DNA from: the human T2T-CHM13v2.0 reference genome, Homo sapiens
Reading direction: 5' to 3' (one strand)
NCBI RefSeq assembly: GCF_009914755.1
Contig: NC_060941.1
DNA length: 64,000 nt
The notes beneath the pieces were generated by a model, which saw only the letters and a program-made list of their open reading frames with translations, was not told the origin of the DNA and ran no database searches. The translations under genes and the position numbers were made by a program. This document shows, piece after piece, positions 19,300 through 30,222 of the stretch (positions are counted from its first letter, which is position 1; each line of letters begins with the position of its first letter).

Positions 19300-20175
19300 T
19301 CATACCAACAAACACCACAGTGGTTACTACATTTGATTAAGTTTGGGCTGGGATTTTATATATTTATTGCCAACCTTCACTTCCATGTTGTTAGATAAAA
19401 TTTCTGTCTTAGCACCATAGTAATGCCTAAGATCAACTTAATTACTCACTTACATGGAATTGGATTTCCTTTTTTGTTTTGACCAGAAATTCCTGGGATC
19501 AAGGACAAAAATGATATATAAATTCATTATATTTCCACCTGACTACAACTATTAGATAAGAGGCTTATTAAAAGAGTATCATAAAATCAGTTTGAAGATA
19601 CATGATTAGGGTATAAGTAGGTTACTTACTTAGAGCTATAACTCAAATGCCTAATAAATAATTATTTAAACTTTGCTGAATACCCAATAAAATCATTTAC
19701 TTTAAGAGAAAGTCTTCAAAAGCTAATGCAAATTTGGTTTGGATTTATCATATTAAATACGTATCTTTGTTTTTTATAAAAGTTATACAACTAAGCAAGA
19801 TGAATTGAGCACAAATACTATTGCACAGTTCAATACCACCACCTATTGTTAGTTGCTGTCAAGTAAAAATGTTTTATATATCTAATGAATCCAACTACAT
19901 TAAGACATAAAACTGTAAACCACAGTTGGATGCCTTGGCTCTTCTGAGCCAATATTTGGGTGGGAGGGGTCTGATCTAAGAATTCGCTTAGTCTCACTAA
20001 GTCTGGAAGATCAAGTAGGAAAACAGTGTAAAGACAACTGTGCACAAGTAGCTAAATTTGGTCACTTTAAGGGCTTTCTTTCTTCTCCCTCCCTCCTTTG
20101 GATTTTCCTGGTGTCACGGAATATTTTATTTTGAACATCTAAAAATACCCTTCTAAAAACCACAGTACTAGTTAG

Positions 20176-20451
<276 letters not shown>

Positions 20452-20454
20452 TGA

Positions 20455-20604
<150 letters not shown>

Positions 20605-20995
20605 TGAAATTACACACACTACTACACGTCTAATTTTTGTATTTTTATTAGAGACAGGGTTTCACCATGTTGGCCAGGCTGGTCTCGAACTCCTGACCTC
20701 AAGTGATCCGCCCGTCTTGGCCTCCCAAAGTGCTGGGATTACAAGCCCGAGCCACTGTGCCTGGCCAGATACTGTACCCGGCCAGATACGGAAATTTTTA
20801 ATTCAGTTTCTAGTATGTTACTAGTTGAGAAACAGTAATCTAAAGAGTAGGAATGAGATCCTTGGCCTGTAAGAAAGCACTTATAAATTTGCAAGAAAAG
20901 TGAGATCAAGATTTGAAAACAGACAACTTTGGGAATGAAAAGAGATGGATTTTTTTAAAATTAGGATTAAAAAGCATCATCAACACTAACAGTTA

Positions 20996-21397
<402 letters not shown>

Positions 21398-22301
21398 TCA
21401 AAAAGGACAGGTGGTCTGAATGGGTCCAAAAAGCCCAGGCCTTTGCTATGTATTTTCTATAAGTTAGATAATTGTTTTCAAACCAGTTGCTAGAGTGTTA
21501 AAAACAAAATTCCTTAGTTTCACCAGTACTCAATCCCATTGCAAAGGTTTTCAAAAGAAACAAATTACTGTCACCCACTAGAAAAATATATACCATTTTC
21601 ACATGCACCAATTTGGAAATATGGTTATTTTCTATGCACAATGTTCTTTAAATTAGATGCTAAAAGTTTTAATGGATAAAAAGGTCTTTATTCAGTCACT
21701 TTGTCATTGTGAAAAGCAGGAGTATGAGTGAAATGATGTAGAGAGAAGCTCTGGCATTAGAAAGCAGTGGCCAAAGGCTGGATCCTGAGAGGCAACACTC
21801 ATTACCAGGTTAGCAGAAGAGAGCGTTCCATGAAAGAGACTGCAACTCATCCCGGAGGCATGAGGAGAACCAGGAAAGGGCAGAACCACAGTCATTCAAA
21901 GCCAAGAGTTTTGTGGGGTTTTTTTTTTTTTTTAATTCATTTGTTTTAGTAGGTGTTTCATGTATTAAAAGACTTTTCGAAAAAAAAAAAAAAGGTCTTT
22001 ATTTCAGCCTTAACGGTGTATTCTGAGACTGAGCCTACAAACTTAAATATTATAGTGGCTGTTTCAGAAGAAATGGCCAGGGAAATATGATCCTCTGCTT
22101 TTATTCAAAAAGCACAGATGCATAGGATTCTAGAAAAAAGGTACCTTAGTGATTGATTCTATCTCCCTCGCTTTACAGAAGAGGGAAATCACCAAGCTAG
22201 AAAAGTAAAAAGAATGACCAGGCCGGGTGTCGTGGCTCACATCTGTAATCCCAGCACTTCGGGAGGCTGAGATGGGTGTATCACCTGAGGTCAGTAGTTC
22301 A

Positions 22302-22535
<234 letters not shown>

Positions 22536-22568
22536 TTACAGTTAGTTGCTAGCAAAAAATTAAGATTA

Positions 22569-22898
<330 letters not shown>

Positions 22899-22909
22899 TC
22901 ACAATGTAG

Positions 22910-23131
<222 letters not shown>

Positions 23132-23774
23132 TAAAATGAAGCAAGTAGGCAAACAAATATTACATGCTAGGGTTACAGGTTGCACATAATATTACAGATT
23201 TATACGAAAGGCAGTGACGTATAATGAAAAACAATAATGAACATGGATTCAAAATACCGAAATTGGAGCATATCACTTTCTAACTTATGGGTTCTTATCT
23301 CCAGGCACTGTTTAAACTGTAAAATGGTATCTGAATGTCAGTTAATGTTACCACTATGATTGTTTTTTAATGTTAGGCTTTTTAATAAACCCATTAAGAC
23401 AGAATTTTTCTCCAACAGTACTACATCCTCATAAAGAAGCTACTAAGAGCATGACAAAGTGGAGAGGCTTAACTGAAGCAAATCTAAGCTTAGATTCAAG
23501 GGCTAGTCTAGATATTTAAACATTAATCTCACTAAGTGTTAAGATAATGTCAGTTATGGCACTTAAAATGAAGGCAGTCAGGTGTGGTAATCACACCTGT
23601 AATTCTAACACTTTGGGAGGCCGGCGAAAGGATTGCTCAAGCCCAGCAGTAGCAAATACAAAATAAAATAAAATGGATGAACTTTGGAAAAGCTCTTTTC
23701 CACAAATTTTATAGACTTTTTGCTAGTCATGCTAAAAAAAAAAGCAGGATGACAGTGGAGTCAAAAAAAAAAAA

Positions 23775-24295
23775 TGCAGATTGGAATCCTGGTTCCCCCA
23801 CTTACTAGGTGTGCAATTTGAACACCTTACTTAACCTCTCAGGCCTTCACTTTCCTCAAGTGTAAAACAGAATCGTAAAACTAGAGGTAACTAGCCGGGT
23901 GCGGTGGCTCACGCCTGTAATCCCAGCACTTTGGGAGGCCGGCGGGCGGGGGGGGGGGGGGGGGGGGTTGGATCACGAGGTCAGGAGCTCGAGACCAGCC
24001 TGGCCAACATGGTGAAACCCCGTCTCTACTAAAAATACAAAAATTAGCCGGGCATGGTGGCAGGCGCCTGTAATCCCAGCTACTCGGGAGGCTGAGGCAG
24101 TAGAATCGCTTAAAACCTGGGAAGTGGTTGCAGTGAGCCGAGATCGCACCATTGCACTCCAGCCTGGGGACAAGGGCAAGATTTCATCTCAAAGAAAAAA
24201 AGCAACAAAACAACAACAACAACAAAAAGCTAGAGGTAACTGAGGTAAAACATCTGGCTCAGTGTCTGTCATGCAGGAAGTATTCAATAACCATC
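23775..24295 (+). mobile_element. MIR interrupted by an Alu (~23892-24228)
   Basis: MIR core (aatcctggttccccacttactag...cacttt cctcaagtgtaaaa). TSD ctagaggtaact on both sides of the Alu. Confidence 0.65.
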
Positions 24296-24473
24296 GTTAA
24301 ATTTGAAAGACAATTACTAAAATTTGCTGCAAAGTTTACCATAAATAACATAATTAAAATATCTGAATGGTAAGTTTTAATTGATTAACACAATTCAGCA
24401 CATACTATGTTGACCTACAAGGGTTATTACTGTATACATTTAATGCCATGGTGACACAGCAAGAAAAACATGA

Positions 24474-24713
<240 letters not shown>

Positions 24714-27271
24714 TAGCTGGAATTACAGGTGCCCACTACCACGCCCGGCTAATTTTTGTATTTTTAGTAGAGACCGGGTTTCACCAGGTTGGTCAGGCTG
24801 GTCTTGAACTCCTGACCTCGTGATCCACCCACCTCGGCCTCCCAAAGTGCTGGGATTACAGGCATGAGCCACCTCGCCCGGCCCCTTGGTTTTAAATTAA
24901 AAAAATTTTTTTTCTATAGCTCTAACCCAGAGTGGGAGATTTAAGGTGTGTGGCCTCCAGTTACAACATATAAAAGCATACCTACAAAAGGATTTCAATG
25001 AATCAACTATCTGAAAATCATAGAGCTTCAGTTATCTTCTCCAAGAAAAATAAACCTTACGTAGCCACAATTTGAAATTAGCTATTATGTGATATAAAGA
25101 TTTCATGCATCCACAAAAATTCTCAATGAGATCTGCTATCTGCTTACAGTTGTAAAATTATCAGTTCTTTAAGAAGCAGACTGTAATCTTGAGGATTTAA
25201 AATATCATTTGATGTAAATGTTTAGATCTGCTTTATTTACGTATCTTTTATTGAAAGTAAATATTTAAAATATTTTCAACAAATGAGCAATAAATTTATT
25301 TACTACTTCCTAAGAAGCCAATTACTAATTGTCTCAGTCCTTGTAAATTAGGTCAATAAAGAGGTAAATGGTTTTAAGAAGTACTCAATGAACTTCATTA
25401 ACACATATCATTTCTAGCCATTCTCATCTGTATTCCGGCATGGAACACTTCACATCATATTAAGTGAATAGCTTTTAGTTTATAAACAAACACTTATTTA
25501 ATCATGAAACCGTCCAAGAAGGACTCCCCACCTTATTCTTTTTTTTACCTTCTCAGATCATATTTAGAAAGATTTCGTTGCCAGCTACATCAGCTACAAG
25601 TTAAAAAGAAACCTCTTAATACAGCAACAAATTTCCTTATTACTTTATTATAGTATGCCACCCCTACAGAGATTGTAAATTAAAGTATAAGATAATTATA
25701 AAAATACAAAATAGCAATGTAATTTTACACCACATACAAGAGAATACTTTCCAAAAATTATTCAATCTAAAATGAACAGCAAACTGATAAAGAGCTAATT
25801 CCACAGGCAAAAGACTGTCCCCGACTCAAATCTTCAGTATCTGGAACTGCCTTTCAAGATTCCTGTTAACTGCTGAACGTCTATTCAGCAATTTTAGTGA
25901 CATTCTGGGTTTTTACGGTACTACTGAATACGAAACCATCATAAATTAACTTTATTGGGGCTCTGTACATTAGGGCCATCCAATGTCCTATTAAACACCA
26001 AATAATATATTCCATAACATTTTCTTCTAGTGATCAAGTTAAATACTAAAACTCTAAGAAGGCCAATTCTTTGATTTTCTCCACTCCTGAAGTGCAACAG
26101 TAACACTGAAGCTCTGAACTTAAACTGCACCCAAAACACTTCCTATCTTGATCTTCGTGGATCAATTCAAATTATTTCCCAGTTCGCATAATAAGAAATC
26201 AAAGAATAGATTAAACTGACAACCCTTAAAAGTTTTCACACCCTGAACCTAGTTGTCGAGTTTCTTAAACTTTTGTCTCGCCGTCTTACAATTTCATCTC
26301 TCAAATGGAGATGAAGAAAAACACCGAGTGAGATTGTCCACTGAGCTGTGAGTGATCCCAGGTCAGCCTGGTTCTCTGCCAGAAAAGACCAGGTGACATT
26401 TACTCTTCCTGTAGAAGTTTCTTTCTCTTGACCCTCAAGGAACCTTCCAGTATATTGTTATACTACTGTAATTCATCAGTAGTTACAATATTTCACTTCC
26501 CAAAGGAATCTCTTCCTTGCAAGATGACTACTCTCTAAAGACGCTTTCAAGACCGTCCACTCCTCAATTCCAGGACAGTAAACCTCCCTCGCTAGAGGAG
26601 AAAAAGTTCCTGAAAGACAGACCGGAATGGATTTGCTGAACTTTCGTCCCAATCTCAAAGCATGTAGACATCCAAGGGTTCCCAAGGAACAATGAGCTAC
26701 AGAAGTACAGACTAAACGGGAAAGCAGAGGAAGTATCAGAACAATACCCAAACCAAACACAGCACCGAAAACCCGTGGTAGCCTCTATCATCCCAAACTA
26801 CCGTCCCCACTTCCCTAGTTTCACCAAGGTCTCAAACTCGGAGAAATGGTACCCATCCCCTAATTTCCTCCCTCAACAGACAACAAACGCGTCATGAAGG
26901 TAGCAGCGAGAAAAGCAGCAGGCTCTGGTGGACCGGAGCCGTGATGGCTGGGTGGAAGGAGGCAAGCCAAGGGTTGTGTAAAGAATGGAAAGCTGAGCGA
27001 TCCTGGAGGAGGGTGGAATTAGGGCGCCCGAGCTAATCCCCCGCGGGGGCCCGCTGGTGGGAAGAGACGGGGGGCGAACCGGCGAGGGGACTGGGGGCAC
27101 CGGGCTGCGCTGGGCTTCTGGGTCGCAAGAAAGGGGAGCGGAGTCTGGCAGCCCCGCCAGTGGGTGGGTGACGGCGCCTGCCAGGGAGGAGGCTCCGTGC
27201 GGAGCGGACGTTTTGGGATTAGAGCGCGCGACCCGCCCTCCTCACGCCGCCCGAGCCCCCCAAGCTCACAC

Positions 27272-27313
27272 CTCAAACCTGCTCTTGGTCACTCCGTTCA
27301 CGTCCCTCCTCAT
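27272..27313 (-). CDS. FBXL20: FBXL20 proximal first coding exon: MRRDVNGVTKSRFE
   Basis: ATG at 27313, 14 codons, phase-0 donor GAG|gtgtga. Peptide recognised as the FBXL20 N-terminus. Lies in the CpG island. Confidence 0.92.
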
Positions 27314-27597
27314 GGGGCCGGCGGGTGCGGCCCGGGCCGGGCGCTGCGGCGAGCGGAGTGCACAGACCGGGGGCCCAGGACAGGCCCGGGAGTTCCGGGA
27401 CGGGGACTGGGCGCCGGAGGGGTGACGCCGGGACCGTGGGACGGGAACAAGAGACCTCTCGGCTCCGGCTAGGCCTCCACCACCTCCCGCGGCGCCGGCG
27501 GCCGCAACGACTGCTCGTCGCTAGCTCGGCTCTCTCCTCAGCCTCAACTTCAACCCAAAACAAAAACACTCCCCACCTGCCAGCAACGCCGCTGCTC

Positions 27598-27650
27598 ATT
27601 GGACAGAGCCGCCCGGGCCTCGGAGCGCCCGGGAGGGGGAGGGGCGGGAG
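27598..27650 (-). promoter_or_regulatory. Proximal promoter: CCAAT box and Sp/KLF GC box upstream of the proximal exon
   Basis: ATTGG at 27598-27602 (CCAAT on minus). GGGGCGGG at 27641-27648. Confidence 0.55.
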
Positions 27651-28083
27651 GGGAGGAGCGCGGCGGCGGCGGCGCGAGACCACCCCTCCCCCACACGGGG
27701 CCGGCCCTGACGGCGCTCCCGGGAGCAGCCGGTGCGCGGCGGCGGCACGACCCCCTGCGCCTCCGAGGCAGACGAGCCCATCGGGAGAAGGCGAGGCAGG
27801 GAAGTGCCTGTGCGTGTGGAAAAGGGGGTCTGTGGGGCGGATGCGAGTGCGCGCGTGCTCGCGGACCAGCGAGGGAGAGTAGAGCAGTACCGCACTCTGC
27901 GCGGGGGCCCCTCTTCTGCCCCGTGTCCCCCTCTCCTCCCTCCGCGGGCAAACAGGCACGCACCTGCCTGCACAGAACCTCAGCCTCTGCCCGCGCCCGT
28001 CGCCCCTCGTCACTTGTTCCCCAGGATCCTGTAAGGCACCCGCATCCTTCCCGGCCACCCAGCTCCCTTCCCCTGTCACTCAC

Positions 28084-28131
28084 TGTCGCCTTGAACCCAA
28101 AGTGCAGCAGGCGGTCCCTGCTCGGAGCCAT
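28084..28131 (-). CDS. FBXL20: FBXL20 distal alternative first coding exon: MAPSRDRLLHFGFKAT
   Basis: Strong Kozak (AAAATGG), 16 codons, consensus phase-0 donor ACA|gtgagt. Same phase as the proximal exon. Consistent with my recollection of the longer SCRAPPER N-terminus. Confidence 0.8.
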
Positions 28132-28518
28132 TTTCCTCCTCTTCTGGATGTGTCTAGATTGGGGCAGTGCGGCTGCCGCCGCCGCCTCCGCGGTTGCCGC
28201 CGCCGCCGCCTCCCCCGCCTCCCCCGCCCCAGTGCATTACATTACGGGGTGCTGCAGGGAGGCCTGGGGGGCCGGGGCCGGACGCTTGTCTCCCTGTGCA
28301 TGGCTCGGGAGGGCGAGGGTGGTTGCGCTGAGCAACAGGCCAAGTGCCCGCCCTGGTCCGGGGATGGCTGCGGAGCTGCACCTGAGGCCGGGGGTCGGGG
28401 GTGCAGGGCTGGAGCCGGGCAACCCTTCCTTTGGCCGGGGTCGGGGCGCGCGTCCGTGGGGGTGGGGCGGGCGAGACCGAAGAGCCTTTGGTTTTCCTTG
28501 CTCGGCCGCCGCCGGCGC

Positions 28519-28588
28519 CCAATGGGCTGCAGCGCCTGCCTGTCCGCCAATCAGGGCGCTGTTTGGTGAGAGCTTCGGCCTGACGTCA
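28519..28588. promoter_or_regulatory. Distal promoter module: two CCAAT boxes plus a full palindromic CRE
   Basis: CCAAT at 28519-28523 and 28547-28551. TGACGTCA at 28581-28588. Confidence 0.7.
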
Positions 28589-29689
28589 CTTTGGCGGGAG
28601 AAACAAGCGTGTGTGAGCGAGTAGGCGGGGGCGTTTTCCCGATGGAAACACTTCATCAGACTCCCGGGCTCCTTGTATAGAAGCTGATCTGTGTCATCAT
28701 ATTATATTATGTTTTAACAACTCTGGCCTTCAAGGTCTCAGAATTTATGACCGAATTTCCACGAAGGAATAACACAGGATTTTGTAGTTTTGTTGCCCCT
28801 TCTATGAGCAACAAACTACAAAATTATGTCCTAAGAGTGAACTATTAGAAACTGTATAATAAATTCCAGCACACCTGGCAGGAGCAGCAGCACTGCTAAT
28901 TGTATGCTTCCAAAGCAGTTATGAGTTGGTCTTCCTCACACCCCTTTTAATTAGTGGTTTTAGCGACTGACTTGTTATGCGTCTAAGAAATTAACAAGAG
29001 CAACAAGTGCGGCAGATCTTTAAGAACAGGTATATTTTAGCTGGAGGACATATTACCCAACTCTTAAAGCACTGTACAAACTTTTTCTTTTTTTTTTTTT
29101 TTTTTTTTTTGAGACAGAGGTTCAACTCTGTCGCTTAGGCTGGAGTGCAGTGGCACGATCTCGGTTTACTGCAACCTCTGCCTCCCGGGTTCAAGCCTCC
29201 CAAGTAGCTGGGATTACAGGCGCGCCGCGCCGCACCTGGCTAAGTAGAGACGAGGTTTCGCCATGTTGGCCAGGCTGGTCAGGAACACCTGACTACAAGT
29301 GATCCGCCCGCCTCGGCCTCCCAGAGTGCTGGGATCTTTTTTCTTTTGTAGAGACGGGGTCTCCCTATGTTGCCCAGACTAGTCTGCAATTCCTGGGCCC
29401 AAGTGATCCTCCAGCCTCCTCCCAGTGCTGAGATTACAGGCCTCATGTGAGCCACCACGACCAGCGCGCCACCCCCCGGCTTTTTTTAATCCTAGAGGGG
29501 GCTTCCTAAAACCAGGGACCTAGCTTCAGAAACTCATTCTCAGGCCCACAAACCCAGGTCTGTCTTCTCCTCCTGTCCCAGGTACTTTTAATGTTTTTGC
29601 TTGACTTCAGCCAGTGGAATAAAAAAGCCTTTTCATTCTGTCTCATCTAAGAGCTGTTTTCTCCCAGCAAAAACTGATGCATTTGGTGA

Positions 29690-29785
<96 letters not shown>

Positions 29786-29868
29786 TGAGACCATCCTGGC
29801 CAACATGGTGAAACCCCGTCTCTGCTAAAAATACAAAAATTAGCTGGGCGTGGTGGTGGGCGCCTCTA

Positions 29869-30051
<183 letters not shown>

Positions 30052-30178
30052 TCACAGCTCCGTCAGTTACCAGTTGACCCATTTCAAGTAGTACTCAGGG
30101 AAGACATTTACTGTTGACTGACTCTTTAAAATTGACTGGAGTTTTGAACAAATGAAAAAAGTATTCAAAGGCTAAAAT

Positions 30179-30222
30179 TTTATTACACACAGGCAAATTA
30201 CTTTTTATCAAAGAAGTTTATT
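30179..30222 (-). terminator. MED1: MED1 polyadenylation signals (two AATAAA hexamers)
   Basis: tttatt on the plus strand at 30217-30222 and 30179-30184, at the end of the repeat-free UTR block, with U-rich sequence downstream. Confidence 0.7.

Larger units (their letters stand above)
26930..28670. promoter_or_regulatory. FBXL20: CpG island covering the FBXL20 promoters
   Basis: Abrupt shift to very high GC and CpG density, with multiple GGGCGG boxes, around both first exons. Confidence 0.92.

Noticed and set aside
27019-28656. Long overlapping ORFs on both strands of the CpG island (e.g. 341 aa plus, 268 aa minus)
   Set aside because: Stop-codon scarcity in very GC-rich DNA gives low-complexity R/G/P/A peptides, many starting at non-ATG codons. 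Only the spliced first exons and the ATG-initiated uORFs are retained.
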